Assembly: GCF_009914755.1 (NCBI RefSeq)
Contig: NC_060930.1
Source: the human T2T-CHM13v2.0 reference genome, Homo sapiens
Direction: 5' to 3' (one strand)
Length of the DNA: 64,000 bases
Position numbers and translations under genes: made by a program. Below the pieces are notes generated by a model, which ran no database searches, was not told the DNA's origin, and worked only from the letters and a program-made list of their open reading frames with translations. This document shows positions 42,661 to 56,990 of this stretch, piece after piece; the first letter of the stretch is position 1, and each line of letters starts with the position of its first letter.

Positions 42661-43649
42661 TTTTATATATTTTTAAAAGGAAATCATTTGCAAATGTGGC
42701 CATCGTATTGCTGCAAACAAATTGCTGCCAGTACAGATTACATTGTTAAGCATGATGGTTGAAAATATATATCACATTTAGACCATTACTGGCCACAAGG
42801 AACTGATATTATTTGATGTGGTTTTTGAGGTTCGTTCTTTGTCTTGCTGTTACTCTTCTAGATACATATCTATTTGTTGAGTATAGCCTGGTGTCATCAC
42901 CCTAGGTCCTACATGTTAAGATTCCTAAGGTTCAGACAATAGATGGAGGATAAAGAGTTGATTCTAAGAGTCTTTTAAAATTCTGCCCATGTTTATGCAT
43001 ATATACGACATACAGTCAAATCCATCCCCAACATCATCTTTGAGTGTATGATGAGACAGAAGAGATCTGAAATTTAGAGGCCTTGGAATTATTTAGCTAG
43101 TCGCTAGCTATTTTCCCCTGGGTCACTCACCTGACTGTTCTGTCACTACATTTTCTCACTGGTAAAATAAGTTCAGATACTCTCAAAGGCCACTCCTTAT
43201 TCTAGGATGCTATGAAAGTGAGTAGGATTTTCCTATCTCCTCTTCTGTGTACCTCAGATTGCATTGTTACTCCTGACATTCATCTTGACTTAATCTTGCC
43301 AGCTTAAAAAAGTTGTTGTGAAAAGAGATGAGTGTTTCTCTGTTGACTTGTGATTATGTGAACAGTGCAGAGTGCAAGCCCTCTCTCTGCTTCTGTCTGG
43401 TCTGTCTCTGTCCTTCCCCCTTTCTGTCTGTGTCTCTTGCTGTTTTTCTCTATGTGGCATTTTCTTTCACTCTGTCTCTTGTCACTCTTGTAATATGCGG
43501 TTCTGATTCACGTTCAACTGTCAACATAGCAAGGGGGAAATGGTCCCAGGCTGCATAAATCCACAATGGGAGTGATTTCTCTGCTCTTTATTAAGATTTT
43601 TGTTGATGTATGTGACATTCAACAGGATTTATCCCAAACACAAGAGCGT

Positions 43650-44520
43650 TATTAATTATTTATAAAACATTTCTGAGCATCTGCTCTTGTGCCAGGCACC
43701 GTGCTTGACCCTGGGGACACAGGAAGTATAGTTTCCTGCCTTCAGATAGCTCCCGCACTAGTGAGGGAGGGGCATTAATATGTATAGGTGCTTGATAAAG
43801 GTAGCTAGGCCTGAGGAGTCTGCACTGTGTGGCAGGCAATCAGTCCAGTAATGGGAAGGAGACAGAAGTGTGAGCAAAGTCCTGGAGGCGTGAGACAGCC
43901 ATAGTCTGTGGTTCAGTGTAGGGTGTTTATAGCAGAGTGTGCTGAGTTAGTGTGGGGAATGTGGGCAGTGGCAAACTTAGCTCGCAAAGCTTAGGCTTTG
44001 AATGGTTTCTGTAAGGCAATTAGCAAGACATCCAATTTTGTGATCAGATTTCTATTTTAGACAGATCCCAGTGCGGATAAGATGAGGATAGATTGGGGCC
44101 ATGAGGCTAGGAGCCCACTCGAGGCCCGGCACAGAAGAAATGATGTGATATCATGTAGGGTAGTAACAGAGAGACTAGAAGGTAGGGTTGGGCTCAGGAA
44201 ATTTTAGGAGAAAACATTGAAAGATCTTGGATCCTTATGTGAGGCAGAGGCAGAGTGACCCTATGGCTTAACACCTAAATTGGGGTCTGGCTGCCTTTGA
44301 GACTTGCAGGGGCACTGTTAATAACTGTGTTGCATGTCTCGGTGCAAACTGGGATTGACCTGGGTAAAGTGGGTGTTTAATCACAGTAGGTAAACATGAG
44401 CCAGAAAGAAAATGGTTCCTAGGTTTCTGCCTTGGGAGCTGGGTAGATGAGAAACAGGAGAAAAAACAGGTCTGGAGAAGAAGATGATGAGTTCAATTTT
44501 GGCCAGGTGAGTACAGGAGT
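43650..44520 (-). mobile_element. L2 fragments
   Basis: catttctgagcatctgctcttgtgccaggcaccgtgct...gatgatgagttcaattttgg. Confidence 0.55.
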
Positions 44521-44524
44521 ATAA

Positions 44525-44808
44525 TTTTTTTTTTTTTTTTGAGACAGGTTCTCACTCTGTTGCCCAGGCTGGAGTGCAGTGGCACAGTCATGGCTCTCTG
44601 CATCCTTGACCAACTGGGCTCGGTCGATCCTCCCACCTCAGCCTCCTGAGTAGTTGGGACTATAAGCATATGCCCCCATGCCCGGCTAATTTTTGTATAG
44701 TTTTTGTGGAGATGGGGTTTCGCCACATTGTCCATGCTGAGCTCAACTGATCCACCCACCTCGGCTTCCCAGAGTGCTGGGATTACAGGCGTGAGCCACC
44801 GTATTTGA
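44525..44808 (-). mobile_element. AluJ
   Basis: Diverged antisense Alu; TSD cagga(g/a)tataa. Confidence 0.88.
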
Positions 44809-47366
44809 GCAGGAATATAAAAATGTGAATTTAAACAACTTCATTGTGGTGGTGGTAGTGGTCATTGTCTTTGTTTTGTTTGTTTTAATTGGCATAGTCA
44901 AGTCTTCAGCTGAGCAACTGGTCTTAGGTATGGCTGGCCCAAGTGACAACTCAGGCCAAGATAGAAGTGAGAAGTTGGAACAGGGTTGTTTACTGTGGAG
45001 GATGAGTCAGAGCTGAGCCCTTTAAGAGAGGATGGTCCAGGGGAGGTGAAGTCAGGGCATATTGTTATGGGGGAGAGGTAGTTGCTGAGCAAGCACTGGC
45101 ATGGGTTGATGCTTGGGAATGGCTGTCAAGAGGACAGAGTGCAAAGGTCAACAGGTAAGATAAAGGAAAGCTTCCTCCAGAAAAGAGGACTGCATTAACA
45201 GGGGTTGGGGAGAGAGGTAGAAGACGGATGTCAGGGTCAGGCATACAGTGTTTCTTCCCTGCCTGCCCAACATGCTGGACTCTTTAAGGATCCTTCAATT
45301 CTTGAACCTTGCTTAAGGACAGGTTATGTAAATGCTAGTCATCAGCAAAAGCCAAACTCACATTGTTATTTCTTTTTAATCATAGCTGTATTAAGCTTTT
45401 GGAGGTCTGTTCTCCCAAATGTTTCTGTCTGTTAAGCAGAAAATATTTCTTCCTTGACCAAGGACTGAAAAGTGAAAGAAAAAAGATAGAATAAAATGTT
45501 CTATCTAGAAAGTGCTATCTAGATTTGAATAGTTGGAACATCTTCCTAAGGTGTTTATTTTGGTGGATATGTGAGGAAATGAGAAGAGACGATGATATTG
45601 AAAGTTGACTTGCATTATTTGTTTAAAGTTTTGACAATTTTGAGTATTATGGTGTGCACTTTGCATTCTGGTGCAGTGATAAAAACCACAACATCTTCTC
45701 TTTATTTCACTCTTCTGGGCTTAAATTTGCATCTTTAATATTGTATTACCATAATTTTTGCATATTGTAAGGTAATTCAGTTGCCCTCTTCCTGCATGGT
45801 TCAGATTTCCAGTTTTGTATGAGTTTCTTATTATTCTCACCCAGTTTCCCAATTAGCACCTTGTTAACTACACACCTGCTGCACAGAAAATTGTATTACG
45901 CCATTTAGCCTTTTTAAAGAAAAAAAGAGAGAATGGAAGACACTCTGTTAATAGGTTATTTCAACCTCAAAAAGTGATGCCTCTGGGCACAGAACCACAA
46001 CATGATTGCTGACGGGGAGAACCTGATTGTTTAATAGATGCTAGAACTGGAACAAGAAAAGCTTTTGGCAGACCTCTGGAAACGGGGGTAATCTGCACTG
46101 TCACCACAGCTGTGCACGCATTTCCAGCTTCAAACCACAGAAGCCAAGCCTGATCCGTCAGGTTCTGCACATTTCTTTGTGGAAGAATCACTGAGCCACT
46201 TCCATTACTGTGCCACTCTGAAATAATTTCCATTTATCATCTCATCCTGGGATTAGCTTTATTTCCTAGTATAGAAGAAATAAATAGACTTACTGACTGT
46301 TTCGTTTTCAAATTTTTCGTGAAGACTTGGTAACTTTTCACTCAAACGGTTATTCATTTATTATACTTACTTCCACATCGTGCATCTATTAAAGGCAAAT
46401 ATGCAGCCGTTAGTATGTAAATGGAACTTGCATGCTGAACAAATGAGGTAGAACCTCAAACGTTATTTATTGACTAATTAGTGTTATTGTAATCAGAGGA
46501 GAGCCTATAGAAATGTGTAAAACTATGCACGATGGGCCTACACGAATATAAGCAGATGTCAATTTCATTTTGGTCTAGCTTAATTCATGCGTCTTCTGTG
46601 ACATACGGGTGTAATACCTTCATTTCAAATTGATTTAGATGCTTACTTAACTATTAAATGATAATAGCTAATTTAGTGGAAAAGATTATTAAATCATATA
46701 AAAAAGAAAGCCTCACCAACGCACGTGGAGAATCCTACTTACTGAAGCATGGGAGGTTGAAAAGAAGGCACAACTAGGACCTTCATTAGGATTCTTCAAG
46801 TTGGCCTTTCCAGAGATGGCTTTCTGAATCACGAGCCCTCTGCTTCACGCTATCATCTGTCACCTCCTGATCATCCCTTCTGTGTCATCTAGTGGCTCTA
46901 GCACCCGGCTGGGGTTCTCCCCACCAGCCTAGAGGCAGTGCAAGTGCCCCAGTAACTCAGTCTTCTGTGAACTAGGAAAAAAGCATTTCCTCCTGACTTC
47001 ACAGACCTTCACAGCCACACCTGGATCCCTAGCCACCTTTCTTTTATCAGAAATCCCCTCTCATCCCACGATCTTCTACTCTTCTCTCCCTTCCCCCCAT
47101 TTCCACCAATCCCTCTCTTGGGCTCCCTCTTTACCCCCATCTGTTCCTTGCCAGTCTGCTGTTAGGCAAACCTCTAGCCTCACTTCTTGTGCCATCAAGC
47201 CCAGACCAAACCCACAGTCACCTGTGTACACTGTCCTGTCACCTGCAGCCTCAGCTCCCTCATCCTTTAATTTCTGCCAGCCTAGTTAGTCAGGCCCCTA
47301 TCCTATATCAGCCCCCAAAGTTATCTTTTTCCTGTTTGGACATGTTGTTTTCATGTTGAACATGCC

Positions 47367-47784
47367 TGTAGTAGGTCATTCTTGCATTGCTATAAAGAAA
47401 TACCTGAGACTGGGTAATTTTATAAAGAAAAGAGGTTTAATTGGCCCACAGTTCTGCTGGCTATTCAGGAAGCATGGTGCTGGCATCTGCTTGGCTTCTC
47501 AGGAGGCCTCAGGAAGCTTACAGCCATGGCGGAAGGTGAAGGGACAGCAGACACGTCCTATAGTGAAGGCAGGAGCAAGTGAGAGAGACAGTTGGGGGTG
47601 GGGAGGTGCCACACACTTTTAAATGACCAGATCTCACAAGAATTCACTCACTTTTACAAGACAGCACCAAGCCATGAAGGATCCACCCCCATGATCCAAA
47701 CACCTCGCACCAGGACCCACCTCCAGCACTGGGGATGCAATTCAGCATGAGATTTGGGCGGGGACAAATATCTAAACTATATCA
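47367..47784 (-). mobile_element. MST solo LTR (MSTA-like)
   Basis: tgtagtaggtcattcttgcattgctataaagaaatacctgagactggg...aaactatatca; 5-bp TSD atgcc. Confidence 0.9.
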
Positions 47785-49419
47785 ATGCCTAAAAAACAAA
47801 TAGTAAGAAAGAGATCGATGACTGCCTCCCATACAAATGTACGATCTCCTCTTGGGAGTTCTAGGTTTGTGCCACAGCTTCCTTGCCCACCTCCCCACCC
47901 CAAGCCCGTAACAAGTAGCCTCATTTTATTCCAGGAAAAGAACTTAGACCATCTGACATGAAATCCCCCATCTTTTCTCTTCTCCACTTCTGATTTTTTT
48001 CAGGGTGCTTCTATCCATCCTAGATCTACTTAATCAAAATCTTTGGGGATGGAATCCAGAAATCTGCTTTTTTAAAATGCTCCCAGTGATTCTTCTGTGC
48101 CTTAAAGTTTGGGCACTTCTGACCAACGCTATAGTAATAACCAATGGACTGGTTCCACTAACTTGGTTCTTCCTATTTCTGGCCATCATCCACATATCAT
48201 GGTACTGTCTCATGTTAATAGTTTAATGCTGTCTTGTTTCAATAGTTCCTCATTACTTAAGGAATAGATCTTGAGTTCCTTAGCACAATATCGAAAATAT
48301 TTGTTCACTAAATGTTTCTTCCTATCCAGTCTGCCTCGCCCCCTGCTCCCTTATACCTGCTTTTTGGCAGTCACATAGGACTTCTATTTTCTGAAGTCAG
48401 TAGAAATTTATTTGTTGATTCACTGATTCAATAACTCTCTGTTGAGTCTCTGTTGTGATACAGACTCTGTGCTCAGCCATTGAGTTCATGACCAAGACAT
48501 AGCCCCTTCCCTCACTGAGATTATAGCCATGACTCTGTTCAATTACTGCTCTTAGAAAACACCCTCCTCACTCCATTTCTCTCATTGAAAACAATAGGCA
48601 ACTTTTATTGAGTGCTTACCATGGGCCAAGAAATGGGCCTAAGCCAGCCAGCCCTCTTTCCCTTGCTCCTTTCTTTTATTGACACACACACACACACGCG
48701 TGCGTGCATATAGACACGTGTGTGTATAATTTTATTTAATCCCAGCTGAATGGTGTAGGTATTATTGTTAACCCCATATTATGGTGAAAGCAATGGAAAT
48801 TTAGAGTCTTAGAGCTAGTGCGGGTGAACTGGATCTGCAAACCTGGTCTTTCTGACTCCTGTGCTCCATTGCTTCTTTAGGCCGCATTCAGACATTCTAT
48901 CCATCCTTCATCCCCCATTCCCTACACCCCTTTACCTTATTGTTTCCATTGCCCTTTGTTTATTCAACAAACCTCCGACAACGTTTAAGTGCCTTCTTTA
49001 TGTTGGGCTTAATTAGAACACTTTCCAGGCATGGGAGTTCTCTCTCTGCTTCTGGGCATGGGAGATCCTTAAGTATAGTGGACCACAGTGCATTCCTTGT
49101 ACATTCAGGGCCCAGCACTGGTATTCTATCACAAGCACAGTGTCTGGGTCCTATCAGTATTCAGTAACATTTAGTGAACAATCTCAGGGAAGTAGAACAT
49201 TTTCAGTTAAAGTGTATTTTCTATGGTCTGTGACCTAATGTATTTGCTCACCAAAATAATGGTGAAAATTGGAAAAATGTTTAGCCTGCCATACATTAAA
49301 GGCTGGCAAACTTTTTCCAAGGAACACTTCAACGGCAGCATTTGTATTTAAGTAGTGAATATGCTAATTGCATGTGCTTCTCAACTACTTCTTTATTAAA
49401 ATCACTAGGAGAGTCTTTT

Positions 49420-49691
49420 TGTTTTGTTTTGTTTTGAGACAGAGTCTCACTCTGTCATCCAGGCTGGACTACAGTGGTGCGATCTCGGCTCACTGCAGCT
49501 CCCGGGTTCAGCTGATTCTCCTACCTCAGCCTCCCAAGTAGCTGGGACTACAGATGTGTGCCACCACACCCAGCTAATTTTTTGTATTTTTAGTAGAGAT
49601 GGGGTTTCACCGTGTTAGCCAGGATGGTCTCGATCTCCTGACCTCGTGATCTACCCGCCTCGGCCTCCCAAAGTGCTGGGATTACAGGCGT
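49420..49691 (-). mobile_element. AluY/Sc-like, slightly 5'-truncated
   Basis: TSD taggagagtctttt at 49406-49419 and 49692-49705. Confidence 0.92.
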
Positions 49692-49883
49692 TAGGAGAGT
49701 CTTTTGAGAAAAATAGGTCTACTGTATGGAGCGGTCATATTTATAATAGTAGAAGGTTGAAAACACCCTATGCCTCCCTCAGGAAGAGAGTGGTTAAATG
49801 CATTATGCAGAATGTGTAAAAGAAATACTTTGTGGCAATGAAAAAAATACCCTTTACTCAGATTTTGTGTATCTGTGTGTGTA

Positions 49884-50697
49884 CAGTAGATTCTCATTAT
49901 TTGCAGTAAATATGTTCTATAAACTTGCCCCCAACACTGAATACTGAGCTTTAGTTCCTAGAGGAAATGCAGGATTAGGTTCCTTGGAGCTTCTGATCAC
50001 CTTTTCATCAAATCATTTAATGAATAACTTTGTTTTATGTGTGTTTCTGTTTAGTGGTACCTTATTTAAATTACAGTTGTTCCTCAGTGTACTCAGAGAA
50101 TTGGTTCCAAGACCTCTTGCAGATAACGAAACCTGTACATACTCAAGTCCGGTAGTTGGCCCTGTGGAACCTGCATATACAAAATGTCAGCTTCTGTATT
50201 CTAGGATCCAGGGAATACTATATATTCCGTTTACGTTTGATTGAAAAAAAAAATCCACATATAAGTGGACCAGTGAAGTTCAAACCCAAGTTGTTCAAGG
50301 GTGAGCTGTGTGTTGTTGGTTCATTAACATTGAACTCTTGACCAATCGCACTATAACTCAAACATGAGTATTTTCTCCGTAAGACACATCACAGCCTTCT
50401 TGGGCTAAGGACACCAGAGAGTACTTCAGCACTATGCTTGGAAGTCATTTTAAACAGTGAAACCACCACCATAAAGCACAAAATTCCAAACAATGTGGCA
50501 CTTAATCGAAATAAAACAAGAATGCAGACCATAGACCATCACCTTGTTCAACATCAGCTGGGAACATGTGTGTTCTGTTTCTCAAAATTTTCACTCCTCC
50601 ATGGAGCATGGCAAATAATGATTTGGAGGTTACAAATAAATGTTCACAAGTAGATGAATTAGTGCACGCAGAATCTGGGCATCATGAGGATCACCTG
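49884..50697. mobile_element. MER82-like Tigger MITE
   Basis: ta|cagtagattctcattatt ... atcatgaggatcacctg terminal inverted repeats; internal sequence matches recalled MER82. Confidence 0.75.
50074..50308. mobile_element. MER8-like Tigger MITE nested in MER82
   Basis: ta|cagttgttcctc...ttcaaacccaagttgttcaagggtgagctg. Confidence 0.75.
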
Positions 50698-51436
50698 TGT
50701 ATCTGTACCTCCCTCTTCCACCCAATATTTGAGAGCAAATGGGAGACACATACCCTCTTCTCCTAAATGCATCATGTGTTTTCTAAGATCAAGAACTTTT
50801 TCTTACATAATCACAGTAAAGTTAATATATGTCAGGAAATTTCATGTTGATTCAATATCTAATCCAAAGCCCATATTCAAATTTTGTCAGCTCTCCCCAT
50901 AGTGTCCTTAATTGCTATTTTCTTCCTGGTCCAGGATTCAATACAATTTTATACATGTATTTTGTTGTCATAGCTCTTTGGTCTCCTTGAATCTGAAATA
51001 GTTTCTCAGCCCTTCTTTGTGTTAGTTAATCGTGACATTTTTGAAGATTACAGGTCAACATAGTAGAATGGGCTTTCATCTGAATTGGCAGAACCTTCCT
51101 CATGACATAAAATTCTATTTTGTTCTGTTTTATACAATTTTTTGGCTTCATCTTGTGCATTTTCAGTGGAATACCACAGAAGTGCTGTTTTGTCCTTTTC
51201 AATGCATTGTGTCAGGAGGGGCATGATGTCAGTTTGCCCCCATATTGGTGGTGAGAGCTCTGACCTTTAGGTTAAGGTGATGCACACCGTGTTTCTCTAC
51301 CACAAACTTACCCTTTTCCCCTTTACACATTATAATTAAGTTATTTATGGAGTGGTACTTTAAAACGATTGAGTCTCATCACATTCTATTCACTGGTTTT
51401 AGCATCCATTAATGTTTTCTGTAAGGTATTTATAAT

Positions 51437-51968
51437 TCTGATGGTTAATACTGATTGTCAACTTCATTGGATTGAAGGATGCAAAGTATGGATCCTGGGT
51501 GTGTCTGTGAGGGTGTTGCCAAAGGAGATTAACATTTGAGTCAGTGGGCTAGGAAAGGCAGATCCACCCTTAATCTGGGAAGGCACCAACTAATCAGCTG
51601 CCAGCATGGCTATAATATAAAGCAGGCAGAAAAAAATGTAAAAAGGCTAGACTGGCCTAGCCTCCCAGCCTACATCTATCTCCCATGCTGGATGCTTCCT
51701 GCTCTCAAACATCAGACTCCAAGTTCTACAGTTTTGGCACTCGTACTGGCTTTCGTGCTCCTCAGCTTGCACATGGCCTATTTTGGGACCTTGTGATCAT
51801 GTGAGTTAATATTAATAAACTCCCCTTCATTCATATATATATCATATATAGAGTATATATCTATGATATATACTCTATATATGATATATTATATATATAA
51901 AGTATATATCATATATTAACATATATATATATCCTATTAGTTCTGTCCCTCTAGAGAACCCTAATACA
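51437..51968 (+). mobile_element. ERVL solo LTR (MLT2A-like) inside old L1 sequence
   Basis: tgatggttaatactga...ggattgaaggatgcaaagta...cctattagttctgtccctctagagaaccctaataca; TSD (a/g)taat. Confidence 0.88.
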
Positions 51969-53040
51969 GTAATTGACATTCTTTTATAAGGAAGAGCTTT
52001 TCCTCTCCCAACTTTATGTATTCATTCAGTAATTTGTATTAATATCAAAAGGACTTTTGAAGATAGTAAATACCTAAATAAATAGAATTTTATTCAATGA
52101 GTAGCAATTCCTTACTATCATTTTTTTTTAATTTTGAACCTCTTATCTTCCCAGATTTGGCCACTGGGAGCCCTTTCCAGCTGCCTCCTATGTCCTTTTG
52201 ATGTCTCCATGATTCTTAGACAGTCTCTGTATTTCCTGAGGGTGTTGGAAATGCTCTGTATCTTGATGGGGCTAGGTTCTAAGGGTATACACCTATATAA
52301 AAACCCATGGAAATGTGCGTTATGATTTAGACATTTCATGTATATAAATTTTACCAGAAAGAGACTGTAAAAAAACAATGAATCCTAGCCAGGAGGGTAC
52401 TTTTAAAATAATGGTGTGGGTGAGCAATTCTGAAGTTACCTTCTATTAATTCTAGCTTGAGCAGAAGAGTAAATATATTGAAAATAATGGGAGTCAGATT
52501 TCTCACTGCTTGAGAAGGTAATTATAGATATAATTACAGATATGGAAAACAGAGAAGCAATAATAAACCCTGATTATTAGATTAGAATCCAAGGTATTGA
52601 TATAAACTCATGGTTTTTTACACTGAAAATAGAGAGAGAGTGAGTGTGTGTGTGTGTGTGTCCCTTCCTAGCTCTGCCAGCTTTGAGGGCCTGGACACAA
52701 TACAACAATAGCACTGAGCTACCCTAGTACTTACATCTTGGTTTCTAAATACCACACTCCATTAAAAGGAAGCAGGGCTCATTATAGAAAAGACTGAACT
52801 CGTGGCCAGGGCAGGGAAAATAGAAGATTAGCCTGGAATATCTTGTTGAACTTGATGTACTTTTAAGATTTTTTTAATTTCTCTCTTCACAGTCCTTTCT
52901 GGAGGATTTAATTACATTCATTTTCTTCTTTAAACTGCTTACTAAAACTATAGAGAGCAAGACTGTGGAATCTCTGATAAACATAGATCCGGAAAGTGGG
53001 ATATACCAATATCTAGCAGTAGCTTTGGAGTAAACAATAA

Positions 53041-53365
<325 letters not shown>

Positions 53366-53813
53366 TGCCATTGTATCTTTTATTGTGTTCTCTTGCAAAT
53401 ATTAATCTTAATGTTACCTGAAATGTGATAATATTTCCATTTCATTTTGATAAGAATGAATAATGGTTAAGCCCTCTTGTGTCTGCCCCAGTACCTTCTT
53501 CAGCACCTGTTTGGTGCTGGTGTCCAAGAGAAGTTCTCAGCCAGGGTCCCCAGCCACTGCTCCCTAACCCACCCATAGCAGCTTAGACTGTGGCCCCTTC
53601 TCACTGGGCAGGGAGGGAACTCTGGGCTGCGCTGAGGTTATGCTCAACCAAATTCCTCTTCACAGTACCCAGCTTGTGTCTCGTTCCATGTGTGAATGGC
53701 TGTGAAAAAGCCTGGATTCATGGGGTGGGGGCTGGAAGGTGGAATTAGTACCTTTTCAATTTTTTTTAACGTTATTTTCAAATAAAAAGATAATAAGAAA
53801 AAAGAAAACAGTG

Positions 53814-54222
<409 letters not shown>

Positions 54223-54418
54223 TCATTTGTAAAATGGGAATAATATTAATGCTTACGTGGAGGATAAGGTTTTGTGGGGATTAGTGAGTTTCAATACACA
54301 TAAAATTCTTAGCACAGTACATGACATATAGAAAACATTGCCCTAACTATTATAGCTATAAACGTCCATGTTAGTTTATTAAATAAATGCTTTACATGTA
54401 TTTAAGTGAGTATATTAA

Positions 54419-54872
<454 letters not shown>

Positions 54873-55295
54873 TAATGCCTGTTCTCTGGGTTTAGCAGAA
54901 GGAACAAGTTATTTTTCCCCCAAACCAATATCTTTCTTTGTCCATTAGAACATGCTTTATACGGCATGTGGAGGGATGTGTGTGCCTCACAGTCCCTGAC
55001 CAGCACTTCGTATCTTGTTGAGTTATTAATGATTTCTCTATGGTTATTTCTTTTCTGAAAATAAGTAATCACCATGGCAATGCTGTCACTTACTAATGAT
55101 GCAAATAAGACTTTACGCATCTCTGCAAATCTACTTAAAAATAAAATAGCTTTAAAAAAATATTGCCCTCACATTTGGATCAGTTACTCATTCTATCCTG
55201 TTTTTTGTTTGTTTTTGTTGTTGTTGTTGTTTTCTGCCTTTAGTTTTGTCTGCTTTTGCTTTGTCAGAACATAGGGCCTATAGAAAGAAAGGGTA

Positions 55296-55630
55296 GGCCG
55301 GGCGCAGTGGCTCATGCCTGTAATCCCAACACTTTAGGAGGCCTAGGCAGGCGGATCATGAGGTCAAGAGTTCAAGAGCAGCCTGATCAACGTGGTGAAA
55401 CTCCATCTCCACTAAAAATACAAAAATTAGCCGGGCGTGGTGGTGCGCACCTGTAATCCCAGCTACTCAGGAGGCTCAAGCAGGAGAATGGCGTGAACCC
55501 GAGAGATGGAGGTTACAGTGACCCGAGAGCATGCCACTGCTCTCCAGCCTGGGTGACAGAGGAAGACTCCGTCTCAAAAAAAAAAAAAAAAAGAGAAGGA
55601 GGGAGGGAGGAAGGAAGGAAGGAAGGAAAG
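55296..55630 (+). mobile_element. AluS with a (GGAA)n-type tail extension
   Basis: TSD aagaaagggta. Confidence 0.9.
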
Positions 55631-56990
55631 CAAGAAAGGGTAGAGTTTAAGACGGTTTGATTCTCTAGATTGTGTTACTCTCATTTTTCATTTGAAGAAA
55701 TGGAGGCGCTCTGAGGCATATTTATTATACTGTAGTCTGGTCAACCAGAAAAACAACCACACAGAAACAAGGTGCCCCTGTCCTAACAGCTGCACCCACC
55801 TAAAGCCCAGATACCCACATGGCCAGCAGCAGCAGCCCCCGTGTGTCTCTGCAGCCACATTTGCCTCAGTTTCTCTCTGTAAAGTGGGTATAATGCCTCC
55901 CTCGCTCATATCACAAGGGTAACTGAGAACTTGCCTGAGAGATGACTTTGTGTGCAGGGATAGTGCTAGGCAGTGCTAGGAGGATGTGATTGATCGTCAT
56001 GCTCTGGACGCCGCCATTCCTGAGATGAAAGTTGGGAAACCATTCTCAGGGAAAGGCAGCACCCTTCCCAGTCCAGGCAGCCCTCTTCACGTCCACATTG
56101 GATACTGGTTCCTATCCTCTGTTACCATTTGTGGATATAAATATCTATCTGTCAATATGCACAATTAGTGGAAGACATAGGTTGCCAAAAACCACATTTG
56201 TTTAGTATGAACGATAAACAGAACCTTTGGGAAAGTTGTCTATTCATTGGTTCTGGAAAGTTTTCCCTCTGTGTGCATGAAATTAAGAATTTGGAATTCA
56301 CAGCAGCATGACAGAGCTTACAGGAAGCTGACGAGGCCCATGGTTGTTGTTTTGAAGGCTTGCAGCCTTAAAGGTGTGCAAAATTACAGAGGACAAGAAG
56401 CCATTTTCACAACTGGATTTGCAGCATCAATTATTCACCATCTGTTTACTGAGAGCCTGGTATGTGCCCAGCACCGGTGATGGCTCCTGCCTTAGCACCG
56501 AGTGCAGCTGAGGAGAGAAAAACAACACCCAAGAAACAGTTTCAGAACATTTACTGCTCTCTTGACTAGGAATACAAAAGGAAGTTAAAAACAAAACCCA
56601 CGCACACACATAGAGAAATGAGGGTCGGCCATCGTGGGCAGGAAGGGGATTTCAGAAAGCCTTTAAATGAGTTATATTTTGCTTTTACATAAAAAAACAA
56701 AGTCTGTCATATGTCTAGCCGGCTAGTGCTGCTGCTGAAGAAGCTGAACATCGTCCCAGAGGGCAGCAGAACTCTCCGCATCGCACACAGGCAGTTTCCA
56801 GCCAGGTGTGTGCCAGTTGCTGGGTATATGCTTGTTTGCTCTGAGCCCTGGCATCCCCCTCCAGCTGACAGCTGCTTTGTTGAAACTGCTGTTAATGCTG
56901 AAGAGGGAGCAAAAAGAAAGAAGGGCATCGTGAGGTGTCCTGCCTCTGCACGTTGGGACATGGAGTGGTTCTTTCTGAGGAGCCAGGCCC

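Noticed and set aside
44423-44506. Possible cryptic exon ending in CAG|GTGAGT
   Set aside because: The upstream acceptor has almost no pyrimidine tract and lies in L2-derived sequence.
46250-46700. Possible conserved enhancer (TAAT-rich, repeat-free; a similar stretch at about 60000-60260)
   Set aside because: Conservation cannot be judged without alignments, and TAAT motifs are expected by chance in AT-rich DNA.
51455-51480. DUX4 site in the MLT2A LTR (embryonic genome activation promoter)
   Set aside because: The motif I recall as TGATTGGATTGA reads TCATTGGATTGA here, so the core appears mutated; no support for activity.
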